A stretch of DNA of 64,000 bases from Fistulifera solaris (GCA_030295235.1 AP026173.1:124001-188000), one strand, 5' to 3'; shown: positions 1 to 12,042, counted from the first letter of the stretch. The notes: generated from the sequence alone by a model not told the origin. Program-made: numbers and translations.

Positions 1-955
1 CTGCCGAAACGGGTGCCATACTGCGGACCCAATCGCTGGCGGACGCGGTTGTGCTTGAAGATGACTTTGACATGCGGGGCAAGGATCCCTCCCGCTACGT
101 CAATGCGCTGGGTGGGCCGCCGACCTTTCCCAACGAAGATCCCAATCATCCCTTTTGGGATGATTTGGAAGAAGTGGTTGATTATCAAATCATTCGACGA
201 GAAAACGGTACCACTCCGTTCACACTTCCCATGATCTGGGATGGCTACGATATTAACGATGTTGCCGATGCCGTTCACAACAAATATCCAGGAGGTCACC
301 AAGCGACACTTTTGGGATGGCTGTACAAGGATGGTTTGGAAGTAGACTATGATGTGATGCCGTTCCGTTCCAACCGCGACATTGTCAGCTTGCAATTCCG
401 TTTTGCCTACTTGAACACGTGGGCCATCGAATGCGTGGGAGCGGTCAATTTCTGCATCAAATGGGCTTACGGACGACCCCGTCCCGAAGAAGTGGCGTAC
501 CAGATTGCCACGGGACAAATTACGCAAGGTGTCTCGGAGGAATTGCAAGGCAAGATTGCGTCGATGAATTTGGAAAACGCCACGAGTTTCACCGCGTACC
601 CCGAAGGTTCGCCGTCGCATCCCGCCTGGCCGGCCATGCACTCGGCCGCCAGTGCGGCTTCTTTTGGATTTCGGTCGTTGCCAATTTAACGCCCGAACAG
701 TACTGTGAAGCACTGCGGGTGGATTACGCGGTGGCGTATGCCCGAACGGTCGCCGGTGTCCATTACCCGACCGACAACATTATGGGCTTGAATTTAGGTC
801 AAATGATCTTGGCCGATCGTATGCCCGATCACTTTGCCGAAAGTTTCGGTACGGATAGAGCCAAAATACAAGCGAAGATTGATCGCATGCGATTTGATTG
901 GAATGATTTCAATGTCGATGATTGTTCGATTGCCGGAGTTCCCATTGTGGCGTAG
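1..955 (+). CDS. Vanadium-dependent haloperoxidase / PAP2-superfamily protein, 5'-truncated by the window edge; frameshift at T-run ~662-665
   Basis: Three PAP2/VHPO motifs: KWAYGRPRPEE, EGSPSHPAWPAMH, ARTVAGVHYPTD. Frame 51..689 is open back to base 3 and joins frame 419..955 (AS-FWISVV) if one T is added. Confidence 0.8.
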
Positions 956-1073
956 AACGATGGATGGAACCGTACCATCTTTTGAGACGTCGTAAGACGT
1001 TTTGAACAGGATATAATTCTTAAAAGGAGATTATATTATATAACTACTATTCAAGCGCTGCTTCTTGTCGCTT

Positions 1074-1711
1074 TTATTCCCTGGTAATCGAACTCTTTTG
1101 GTAGTCATCATTAAATTCATTGCGTTTTTTCATATGCTCGACCGTCAATTGACTGAATGCTTTGAATTGAGGATGATCGGCTGTTTGCATCAACATGAAG
1201 GCCGCCGATTGTGCCGTCGTGAGAAAGGCCCCGGCCTGTTGCATTCTTTGCAAAGCAATTTCTCGATCGTACGGTTGTTGCGACGAAATGCCATCGGCCA
1301 CCAAATGGACCTCTTTTGGAGGGCCAATAAGTCCAAACAAGTTTGTTGCACACAAACGTGGGCTTCGATTCCTACCAACACAAAGGTATCACGCTCCGGA
1401 TACTGTTGCAATTGCTGTAACAAAGGCGGTGTCAACATACTGAATTGTTTCTTTTCAAAGACGTGCGCTGTCGAAGGAATTGTGTTCTCTGCAAAGCATT
1501 CGGCAATGGTAGGACCAAAAGCTTTCTTGTATTGTTCCGTCACGACGACGGGAATGTCCAAGAGCGCCGCTAGACGTGTCATGTATTGTGTCGTTCGCAC
1601 GACCGTCTCGCAACGCCAAATCAAGGAACGAAAGCGTTCTTGGACATCGCACACCAACAATACGGTCTTGCCGGGATGCAGTTTGTTTCCAAGAATGCGC
1701 GGGGCGGACAT
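1074..1711 (-). CDS. Isochorismatase domain-containing protein (ISOC1/2-like); frameshift ~1314-1317
   Basis: TVLLVCDVQERFR, VTEQYKKAFGPT, FEKKQFSM and GIEAHVCVQQT, continuing in ORF 1074..1355 (EVHLVADGISS...LMQTADHPQFK). Confidence 0.9.
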
Positions 1712-1802
1712 TTGTTGTTGTTGTGTAAGCAATGATGGAATAGAAGGAGAAGGAAGAATTAAAAAGGAATGAACGATCACGTTGAAAGGAAAACGCGGGT
1801 TT

Positions 1803-1974
1803 TGTTTTCACGTGTCCAGAAAAAAATGGGAGAGAGCTGTTTTCACTTGTCCAGAAAATGTGGGAGTGTGCTGTTTTTACGTGTCCAGAAAATGTGGGAG
1901 AGTGATGCTTTCACGTACCCAGAAAATGTGGGAGTGTGACGTTTACACGTACCCAGAAAATGTGGGGGAGTGTG
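1803..1974. repeat. Tandem repeat, 5 copies of ~34 bp, consensus TGTTTTCACGTRYCCAGAAAATGTGGGAGWGTGM
   Basis: Units start at ~1803, 1838, 1872, 1906 and 1940, directly abutting with no unique spacers. Confidence 0.9.
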
Positions 1975-2518
1975 TGTGTCAACCTGGCTCCAACGGGCGA
2001 TGCCAGACCAGAGATATCAACCCTCACGGGGACGTGTTCGTTCACTCGACCTGGTTTTTAGGTCGTTCATTCTTGGTACAGTAGACTAGGGCAACAGGAA
2101 GTTCATAGGCACGATCCGCGACAGGGACAAGGCGTTTGCGAGCGTGACGAAGCGTCCGGGACTCCATTTAGATTGAGTCAGAGAAAAAGTAATCTACATT
2201 GCAGGCGATAGTCAGAGGAGCAGTCACATGAATACAGTAGCAGTCCGTCAGTCGCTCCGCTTACCTTTCAGCACGCGCACCGCTCGTAATTTTTGTTGTT
2301 GTTGACAATGATGTTGTTGATGTTGTTCATCATTCCCTTACTGATCGATCATTCATTCATTAATCAACAATCATCGATAATCAGCAAGCTTTCTTTTGAC
2401 TAATTGTTCCTTCTTTATCTCGTTTTTTCTGTCGATTTCGATCAAGATTTGTCTTTTATCAACTCTTCTTCTTCTTCTGTCCTCATCATTCTGCTTTGCC
2501 ATTTCACACAAGAACGCC

Positions 2519-3713
2519 ATGACAACTCCTCTTCCTACCGTCCACAGCCTTTCCTGTCACGATTTACAAAAACCAGCTGGTCCTTTACAAACGGGGATTG
2601 GATTTCTCGATCATATGCTCGATCAAATCAACAGTCATGCGCAAGTGGGAATTGCTCTCGTATTAGAAGGCGATATTGAAGACAAGAACCGTCACGCTTC
2701 TCTGGATCCGGTCACCTTTTTGTCTTTTTGTGGGCAAGACCGTCGGGACGGCGTTGTTGCCTTTATTAAACGATAAACAACAACAATTACCAGTTACCTT
2801 TTCGTGTCCCCTCGATGAAGCCTTGGTGGAATGTAAACTATCTTTTTCTCCCGAACACGCGGGTTGTGAGTATTTGCACTTTACACCGCTCGGAAAATAT
2901 GCCCGCACCCATTTGGGACAGTTGAATGTTTCTCAATTGCCAGTATTTTGGGAAGCACTGGCGCAAGCGGCGCAATTGCAACTGATTTTCACCAAAGTAC
3001 GAGGAGACAATGCACATCATATTATTGAAAGTTCCTTCAAGGCTTTTTCGCGGGCGTTGCGCAATTTCATCGATGCCAAAGATTTGTATACGGCCGAAGG
3101 TGCAAATGCGCAAGCGTCTACAGCCTTGCAACGACAGGCATCCTTGCAACGAAGTACGAAAGAAACGAGCATTGCCGTGGCACTCCAATTGGATGGAGGT
3201 TCGGCCGGCACGAAGATTGCGACCGGTTTGCCGACGTTGGATCGATTTTGGACGCGCGTCGCCGAGGCAGCACAACTTTCTTTAAAGATTGAAGCTGCGG
3301 GTGATTTGTGGATTGATGAACATCATACGGCCGAAGATGTGGCCATTGCCGTCGGACAATGCTTCGATCAAGCGTTGGGGAGTAAAGCCGGCTTGAATCG
3401 AATGTGGAGTTGTTCCACTGATGGCCTTCAAGTGATCATGGATTTATCGAACCGACCGTGTTTGGTACAAAATCTGCACTGGGACACGGAATTTGTGGAT
3501 CCTGCTGCCGGCGACTTGTCGTGTGAAATGATGGAACATGTTTTGGAAAGTTGGGTCGTCAATGCCCGATGGACGGTGCACATTGTGCAGTCAGGTCCGG
3601 TAAGAGCGGATGATTTGGCCGTGGCGTTGGGTACTGCCGTACGGTATTGTTGCAGTGTCGATGTCCGACGCGCGGGAGCGACCGCATCGAGTAAGGGAAC
3701 GCTGTCGGTGTAA
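2519..3713 (+). CDS. HIS3: Imidazoleglycerol-phosphate dehydratase with two tandem IGPD modules; frameshift at T-run ~2725-2729
   Basis: QTGIGFLDHML, PLDEAL and GDNAHHIIESSFKAF in module 1; RSTKET, GDLWIDEHHTAEDVAI, MDLSNRP, EMMEH and ASSKGTL in module 2. Confidence 0.9.
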
Positions 3714-4093
3714 TAGGAATAAGGTAGCAACCGAGGCTAACGAAGAAAGGCTAAAATTATAACCAAAGCTAGTTAGAAGGAAATTCAGGGGACTTATTTG
3801 TTGACGGGAAAAGGACGACAAGGATCATTGTCTTGTAAGATCAAGAAAAGACAATCTCTCTTTCGTTCATGACTGAAATGCAGTCGTTTCGAGAATAATC
3901 TACATTATTATTTTTAGGTATAGTTGATGAGTCCCGGTACGACTGCGATTTTGTGAAAGTGCAGGTGTCACAAAATCCGGTGTCAAAACTTCGGCTCGCC
4001 GTTTCATAGCAATGAGAAAACTTTCCCAAAAGGGCTTTGAAGGAGAGTCAACAAACGACAACTCTATTATATTAGACGCGATTGAATCCTAAC

Positions 4094-5017
4094 ATGACAA
4101 TGCGGGTGTTACTGCGAGTCATTTTCGTTCTTTTTATGGCAACAATGGCTCAAGGCAACCCGATTCCTCCGATTCCTCATCGCAGATTCTCGCACTCGTT
4201 ATTTCGGCAATGGCGACAACGTCGGATTGCCACACGACGGCGTTTGTCTACCAAACAGCCATCTCTCAGTCCCATGCTGTCGTGGCGCCGTCCGACGACA
4301 CAATCCTTATTGCAACAATGGAGTCATAAGATTCCTTTGTCATCCAAATTCAATCATCCGAATGTCGGTATGACGCATCCGTTCTTTCAATCCTCCGATC
4401 TCCAAGCCACCAATGTCGCGGCTTCATCATCTTCGAATGACGACAACGACGACGAATGGTGGCCGGCCCTCCTGGCATCCCCGCGGCAATGGAGAATATT
4501 GCGCTATCGACAAACGGTCGGACACGGATGGGAGTGTTATATTCGAGTCCGGGATGCCGCCTTGCAATGGGATTTTACGACCCCCAATCATGGCATTTGT
4601 ACGTTGCCGCAACGACAACGCGCCGAAATCTTTGATCGGTTGCCCGCAACGTCGGTGCATCCAATCAGTCACGGTCCCGGACGGCGGCTCGTCACGTACG
4701 CGCGGGCTCCTTTCTTGCGATTTCTGTTTGCGATGAATCCGGTGCAAGTCATTTACGATATTGTCGATCAACGAGAATATCCGGCGATTTATTCGGCGAC
4801 CGCATACGCGACGGGGGATCGTCACTTGTTGCAAGGCGAAGAACGCGTGACGGTTGCTTTTCGGGAACGAACGGGGGCGGTGCAAGTGGAAGTCGTATCG
4901 TGTTCCCGACCGCATGGTTGGAAGGGAAAATGTGTGTGGCCGTTCTTGACGAAAACGCAAGATCAATTCTTTCGACAACAAATGGAAGCCTTGCGGAAGA
5001 TTGCGACTGGTAAATAG
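4094..5017 (+). CDS. DUF1990-family protein with N-terminal signal peptide
   Basis: Hydrophobic leader, then VGHGWECY..VRDAALQW, NPVQVIY, AYATGDRHLLQGEERVTV and VEVVSCSRP, resembling DUF1990. Confidence 0.7.
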   Translation: MTMRVLLRVIFVLFMATMAQGNPIPPIPHRRFSHSLFRQWRQRRIATRRRLSTKQPSLSPMLSWRRPTTQSLLQQWSHKIPLSSKFNHPNVGMTHPFFQSSDLQATNVAASSSSNDDNDDEWWPALLASPRQWRILRYRQTVGHGWECYIRVRDAALQWDFTTPNHGICTLPQRQRAEIFDRLPATSVHPISHGPGRRLVTYARAPFLRFLFAMNPVQVIYDIVDQREYPAIYSATAYATGDRHLLQGEERVTVAFRERTGAVQVEVVSCSRPHGWKGKCVWPFLTKTQDQFFRQQMEALRKIATGK

Positions 5018-5391
5018 TAGTAAATCAATCATCATGACAAACGAATCAGTAAGAAGGGACGAATCGGCAACCACAGAACCGACTCGGCGCTACGGTCGAC
5101 ACCCCCACATTACAGTACCACGAAACGTTTCGCAGCCAATTTTTTAGGAAATCACACGGGAAAAGACTTTCTGCACACAACAATTCCCAGCGACAAAGCG
5201 CTGTCAAAACGGTCCGCGACCTAGCCGAACGTGCATTGCTTTAATTAAAATTAACATGATACAATAGAACTACAGTTGAGCGTCAAAAGTATTCCCTTCG
5301 TCGGCAGGGCAGAGCCTGTTAGCTGGTGGCTCTTTGTATGATAAAGTAGCATGGAGCGTCGACAAGTAAATCATTACCGTTTCCATCCGTC

Positions 5392-6899
5392 TCAGGAATC
5401 ACTGGTGGTGTCCGAGGTGGCATTTTCGACAAGAATAGCGTTATTGACTGTTGTTGTACTGTTCTGGTGCAGCTCTGGATGAGACGTCGAATTATCTCGT
5501 TCAATAGTTGTAGTGCCATTCGTCAGAGAATTCTGCGAGAAACTTACTAGGACCTGGTCGTTGTTGAGGTTGTCGCGTTTCCATGTTTTATTTGCATCTA
5601 TTTCAACCAATTCGTTGATAGTCACAGACTCGTCTTGCTTTGTCACATTTTTGTTCTCATTTTCTATGAGATCTCCTTTTTCAATTCATCCATCCTATCC
5701 GCGTCATCGAAATCATTCTCCTCCTTTGCCTGTTTTGTCGAGTCGTCTAATATTATTGTGTCGATGACAGAATTGTTGTTTTTTACTGTAATGACGTTAC
5801 TCTTCGAGTTGGTCACATCATCTGACACCTTGTACAGTTCATGTCGGTTGGATTGTTCCAAAATCACTGCATCGCTTTCCGTGGTTGTTGCTTCCGTGAT
5901 GGACTGGTTTCCATGCAGAGTGATATTTGCTGTGTTGACTTTGATGATCGTGCGATTGAACTCTTCGACTGCGAGGCCTTGCGCTTCGTCTACGTCGACT
6001 CCTTCCGTCTCCTTAATGTTGTTATTCTCCTTGTTTTCGGATACATCTTCTCCTATCGCAATGGATGGACTGAATTCCTGCTTCGTGTCACTCGTTTCGT
6101 TCTTCTCGACAAATGACGTTTCCACAATCGTATTGTCTGGACTCTCCGCTGGCGTGTCCTTGTTGGTTATTTCGTTTCGAGCCGCCGTAGTGGTCGAATG
6201 AATTGCGATAGTACTGTTCGAGTCGTCACGTAGTTCCCCCATCTCCATTGCCTCCTTTCTCACGGTCGTGTCGTCCATTATCGAGTTGTTGGTAAGATAC
6301 TGCAATGCACTATGATCCTTTTCGCTCTCTGGTGATTCGGTGTGGACATCTCCTCCTCTTCTTTCTTTGTTGGGTGGTATGGTCGGAGGCAAATGTCGAT
6401 CCCCGGTCGTTTCTTCCTTGGCGAAAGGAGGAAGGGTGGGTTCAGATGTCAAAGTGAATTGCTTTGTGGTTGCCAATGTTAGCGTTAATTGCTTCGTGGG
6501 TGCCGGTGTTAGCATTAATTGCTTTGTGGGTGCCGGTGTAGGAGGTAACTTTAGAGTAGGCGCCGGTGTGGGTTGTTTTAGTTGTCTCAAGAACGAATAG
6601 TGTCGCTCATTATTTTCGGAAATCGAATCATTATCTCGTCTTTGCGTAGGAAGTACCGAATCGGACAATTCTTCGATCAGGCGATCGTCTTGTGCGGTCT
6701 GCCAGATTCCGACGCCGAGCAACCAATAACTGATACAGAAGCACAATCCTCCGAACGCTACTTTGACAAGTCGACTGCCTCCTCCTCTTTTATGGGAAGA
6801 ATAACGCGTATCGCGATAGGTCAAAGAGGCCGTCGTGTGCCGCGAGCGGGCAATGAAAGGATTAAACGGACGTCGATGTTGTTGTTGTGAAGGAGCCAT
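5392..6899 (-). CDS. Hypothetical membrane-anchored protein with P/T-rich repeats and acidic low-complexity tail; frameshift ~5677-5681, 3' end uncertain
   Basis: 411-aa ORF with one hydrophobic segment (VAFGGLCFCISYWLLGVGIW). Composition continues in ORF 5392..5646. Confidence 0.65.
6436..6573 (-). repeat. Coding 30-bp (10-aa) tandem repeat, TPAPTKQLxL-like, ~5 copies
   Basis: PTPAPTLKLP-PTPAPTKQLM-LTPAPTKQLT-LTLATTKQFT-LTSEPT in the translation. Confidence 0.75.
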
Positions 6900-7024
6900 T
6901 GGTTGTTAAATTGGGGAATTGAATTCGAAAGAAAGACGTTATTGAGCAAAAAATGACGATAATACAGCCATCGCCGTTGGCGTCATTGCGATAGTTCAAC
7001 GTCGTTGGGAGCTTATTTTGCGAC

Positions 7025-7277
7025 ACTTTCACGTATCCAGAAAATCTGGTGTCTGGGGTAGATTTCAACAGTTTTCACACTCACAGAAAATTTGGGTGGA
7101 AGGACGTTAAAATTCTGCCTCTCAGTACAAGTTTCTACGTAGAGCCTACGGCGAGGCAGAATTTTAACGTCGTTTGTGCGTTGTTTTCAGTTTTCCCGAA
7201 AATCTGTTAGTGCGTTGACTTGTCCAAAAAATCTGGGAGTGCGGAGTTTACACGTTCCCAGAAAATCTGGGTGAGTC
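7025..7277. repeat. Degenerate cluster (~5 copies) of the same CACGT-CCAGAAAAT-TGGG motif as 1803-1974
   Basis: ctttcacgtatccagaaaatctgg (~7026), ttttcacactcacagaaaatttggg (~7072), ttttcagttttcccgaaaatctg (~7184), gacttgtccaaaaaatctgggag (~7217), tttacacgttcccagaaaatctggg (~7247). Confidence 0.75.
7103..7171. repeat. Perfect 19-bp inverted repeat with 31-bp spacer
   Basis: GACGTTAAAATTCTGCCTC (7103-7121) and GAGGCAGAATTTTAACGTC (7153-7171). The spacer contains the palindrome TCTACGTAGA. Confidence 0.9.
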
Positions 7278-7469
7278 GTCATTATTGTTCACGGCAAGAC
7301 CGCAGAAACAGAAACGAAAAGCATTCCCCGCGCTGCGAGGACGAGCGCGAGGAGACGACGCGATGAAAAATGAAAAATAATGAGAGTTCAAAATGGAAGG
7401 ATAAGCCACGAGATCCTTTTGTTTAAAACATATTGACATCCTTTTCTAAAGTTGCTTTGATTATTGATA

Positions 7470-10400
7470 ATGTCAAATAGCGCAACTCGCAAACGCAAAG
7501 CCACGCGCAGTGGATTGAAGCGATTGATGGAATTGGATCATGTGACGGTGCAAGAAACCTTTCAATTTGCTTCCGCTAACAACAATGACGAAGCCATCGG
7601 TCACGGGGCGTACATTACCGCCGTCGTGCACAACAAACGCTATTATGGGGCCATCATGGATCAAGCGACCTTACAAGTCGTAGCGCAACAACAAATGCAA
7701 GAGGAACACGACAGTTTGGCCTTGAATGAACGCATGAAACAGGCGCAAACGGCTCCCACCGCCGACTATGACGATGCCATGCCCCCGAAACCAATTCAAA
7801 AATTTCGTTACAAAGATGGATTGCGGTATCTGCTGGCAACGTATACAAACGCGGCCGCTTTGGATGTCAATCGTGACGAGATTGTCGCGGTTTGTGACGA
7901 AGGGGGTGGAATGGTGGGGCCGTTCTATTATCATTATGAAGTACGTGTGTGCTCATCGTTTGTGTGCGTTGGCTTGGTTGGCATTTTCGTACTTTCCTCG
8001 AACTTTATACTTACACCCCGCTTTCATCTCCTCGTACACAGACTCCTCCACCATCCTTGAAAGCCTCCAATGGGACTCCCGAGACACTCTATCATCCTTC
8101 CGTGGCCTTTCATTCGTTCTTGCAATCCATTTTATTGCCACCGTGGTTTCCGTTAGCTTCACAGAAAGCAACATTACCTACTTTAACAGCTCCTACGATT
8201 GTCACGAAAATGACGGCCGCTCCTTCCGTCCCACCCGATCTTTCCTTGCGTCCCATGCAACCACGTTCGCACTACAAAATTGCCATTGTGGGAGGAGGAT
8301 TAGCGGGATTGTCGTGTGCGAAACGATTGCTGATTCAAGCCAAAGAGCGGGGGATTGCGGTGCACGTTACCGTTTTGGAAGCAAGGGATCGGTGGGGTGG
8401 ACGGGTGCACACGATGCGCAGTGCGACAGTTCACAATGACGAACCTTTGATTCCACTGGATTTGGGCGCGGCGTGGATTCATGGTGTTGATCACAATCCA
8501 TTGACGCATTTGGCTTCCACATTAAATTTGGAAGTGTGTCGACCCGTGTCGGAAACGGTACAAATGTTGAATGCCAAGGGCCAACCGGTCGATAAAGCAC
8601 TCGATGAACACGTCAATCGACTATTTGATCAATTGTTGGATGTAGCTGCCGATGATTGTTGGGGAAACCCGGAAGATGCAGCGTTTTCACCCAAACCGTG
8701 GCATCCAACGGCCGTCCGTTGGTATGCACAAACCTTGCGGCAATGTACCGATAAGTTGGATATTCCTTTGGTTCCCGTTCCACCGCATCGAGAGTCGAGT
8801 GATATTTCCTTGGATTGGAGCATTGGACGAGCTTTGGTGCAAAAGAAATTGCGTGCATTTGAAAAATTGTCCGCTGAGGGTCGTTCATTGCTGTTGTGGC
8901 ATGTCAAAAACTTGGAGTACGCACTAGGAGCTAACGTCAGTGATTTGTCTATGCAGTACTGGGATATTGATGATCGGAACGCGTTTGAGGGAGATCATGT
9001 CCTCTTGCAACGTGGATTTGGATCATTGGTGGATGCATTAGTGCACGATTTACAGACGTTGGCTCCCAATCAATTCGAAGGACGTTTGTCGTGTCCGGTT
9101 CAAAAGATCGAATACGGACGGAAAACTACGACCGCACCCATTACCGCGGTCGCAACGTCCCTGCAACAACACGAACAACCACCGTTGGTGCCTTTGTCGG
9201 ATACATGTAGTGTTACGTTGGCTAATGGCGAGACGATAAATTGCGACTACGTAATTTCGGCCATACCATTGGGTGTTTTGAAACAAGCAGTGAAAGCACA
9301 GACGGCGAAAAAACCCATGATAGATAGTAGCGAGGAGAATACGATCGCTTTCGATCCGCCGTTGCCGTTTTCCAAAGAAGACGCTATTTCGAACATGGGA
9401 TTTGGCTTGCTGAATAAGTTATACTTGCATTTTGATCGAGCATTTTGGCGTACATCTTCCTCCAAAGATGTTGCCATGTTTGGGAATACCTCTTCGGTTC
9501 ATCCGCAGCATTACATGTTCACTGATGTCGGGCACATCTTGTCTCCGACGAGCAACAAGGAGGATGCCCCCGCTGTTTTAGTGTCGCTCATATCCGGACG
9601 GGATGCTGCGTTGTCGGAGATACTTCCTGAAGCTGAAGTGGTAGAACAAGCCATGGAAGTATTGCGCACTATTTTTGCTACAGATGAGGTCCCTAATCCC
9701 GCTCACTTTAAGCTAACTCATTGGGGGAAAGATCCTTATTCAAGAGGTAGCTACACATTCCTGCCACCGGGCACCACGGATCAAGACTTCACAGTGTTGC
9801 AGTCTCCGTTGAATCAGAATGGTGATTCTGTCACGCTTTCCAGCGTAGGAGAAACGATGCGCTTATTTTTCTGCGGAGAGCATACTACAGCACTACACCC
9901 CAGTCTGGCACACGGTGCCTGGTTGTCAGGCGTGCGAGCTGCCGAGCAAGTTGTGCAAACTATGACGATGGAGTTCGGAAACACGAGCAATGCAACGAAT
10001 ATAGACCGTTGGATCCCTCTGTCTTTGTATCGACACGACAATCCACAGACGGACTTAAGTTGTCATCTCTGCCACCGTAGTGGCACGACGGTTCGGGAAG
10101 GAACCCTGTTAGCCTTCGCGCGCGGGACGCGACAAGTGGTAGTCCATAACGCTTGTGCGGAATGGAGTCCGGAAGTAGAAGTAATGGAAGAACAGTGGAA
10201 GAACGTTGTGTCCTGTGTTAATCGTGCACAGCGCTTTTTGTGTTCTTTGTGCGAACGTACAGGGGCGAGTATAGGATGCTCGAATGGGAATTGTCATGCT
10301 CAGTATCATTTTCGATGTGCAGAAGATACCGGTTGGCGATTCGAAACGCAGGGAAAAGAATTTCTTTGCGGTAGACACCGAAGTGGTAATGACTGTGTTC

Positions 10401-11419
10401 GAGTGTCTCTTTCCTATTACAAGCAACAGAATCCCTGGGTATCCCATGAGCTTGTTTGCTGTTTGTGCAAGAAAATCCGGGGTGAGATGCTAGCGTTCCA
10501 ACTCAGCACACCCTCATGGTCTGCACCGCAATACGCTGTTGCTCATATCACGTGCGTACAGCACAGCAATCTGGTGGATTTGGAACTGGATCGCAGCAGT
10601 CGATTGGAGTTCGACTATCGTAAGATTGGTACCTTGCTCGAATCGGCGAGGCCTTGCAGCTTGTGTAAAAATGCAGGGGCTACGATTCGATGTCGACATT
10701 GCCATCAATGTTATCATTACGAGTGCGCTGTTTCAACCAAATGGAAATTTCACAAAAAGCGCTCGTTCTGTTGTCCGGATCATCGCTCGAATCGAATTAA
10801 TGGCACCAACCCGGCGACCCGCGCCACTTTAACTTCAGATACAGAAACACCGGCCTCGTTCTTTCAACACGCTCTCTTCTCGATGAATGACAGTTCACAT
10901 CCCCAAGAAGATATCCCTGGAAATCTTGACATTACCAATACACGATTGGAAGACATTTATGACGACAAGGAAGACGAGGATACGGAAAGTTCTTGGACGA
11001 GTGATGACGAAAGCGAATCCGATAAGAGCGAAAGACAGGAAGAAGCCGGAGAGGAGTTGCAAACGACTGCTGAAGACTCAAACGGCGGCGGTAATCCTGC
11101 GCAAAACTTGGAATGCAGTGATATTTTAACCGTGCCAGAAGAGGAGGGTCAAAGCCACTTATGTCGTCTACACCGCCAGTCGATTGGCGCTCTGTGGAAC
11201 GTCGATTTTATCGTCACACGCCGCACGGGCGGTGCATCGCTACTGCAGATTGCTGCTGCGCGCACGGATCCGTTCGACAATTTGCGCGACGGTGACACGG
11301 TCTTGGCCATTAATGGTTTACGCATTGGCGAGGCAGGATTCGATACGCTCGACCAAATTCTAGCGCGTCTTGGACAGGAAGTGGATACACTGATGGAGGT
11401 GCAGCGAAAGTCGTGGTAG
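7470..11419 (+). CDS. LSD1-like flavin amine oxidase (putative histone demethylase) with two extended PHD-type zinc-finger regions and a C-terminal PDZ-like domain; intron 7941-8041
   Basis: IAIVGGGLAGL...EARDRWGGRV FAD motif, DLGAAWIHG, GFGLLNKLYLHF, WGKDPYSRGSY, FFCGEHT...HGAWLSG. HNACAEWSPEV...CSLCERTGASIGC..C..QYHFRCA occurs twice. LRDGDTVLAING near the C-terminus. The GT-AG intron keeps frame. Confidence 0.85.
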
Positions 11420-12042
11420 CCAGTCATCAGGTTAATGGAGTAAGATGATGATTGAACAAGATGTTGTTTAGGTTACCGTCAAAGGACTCCGGACTTTTCT
11501 AGCTAGAGAGAGAGAGGGTCTCCCTAGTTTTGTGTTTGTGATATGCTACTCCGCGTTCATTACCGCTCGGTACCCGTTCCTACAAATTTCGGTCACAATG
11601 ACTGTTCTTTTTCGAGGAGAAGCACTGGAAGCTGGAAGGTTCGGGAAAAAGTGTACACTCACGTAGGCTCCCCTAGAAAAATGTACAAAGCAGAGGTGCG
11701 TTCCCGTGTCTCCCTGAACTGTCAACCCAAATGTAGTGTATGTACCGGAGAGCCTTCTACGCACTTCGTCAAGTTCCGTTTGTCTGCCTCGAACATTGGA
11801 GATTCACTCATGCGCATTCCTGCGCCGAATGCGAAAACCGACCTAGTTTGTATCGAGTGGGAAGTAGAAAGATTGACGAAAGAGAACGCACGAGAAGAAA
11901 GGGAAGGTTTTGAATCCGAACCCATCGAATAGGCCAAAACGATCCACATCCGATCAGCATTCTCACTGATCACAAAAATCAATCAACGATTTCAAGAAGA
12001 AGAAAAAAGAGAAGAAAAAAGAACGCAATTCAAAGAGCTACC

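Noticed and set aside
1803..1974. 34-bp repeat array as a CRISPR array
   Set aside because: Units abut with no unique spacers, there are no cas genes and the context is eukaryotic.
3947..3977. 10-bp inverted repeat GATTTTGTGA / TCACAAAATC
   Set aside because: Single short occurrence that could be chance; no other support.
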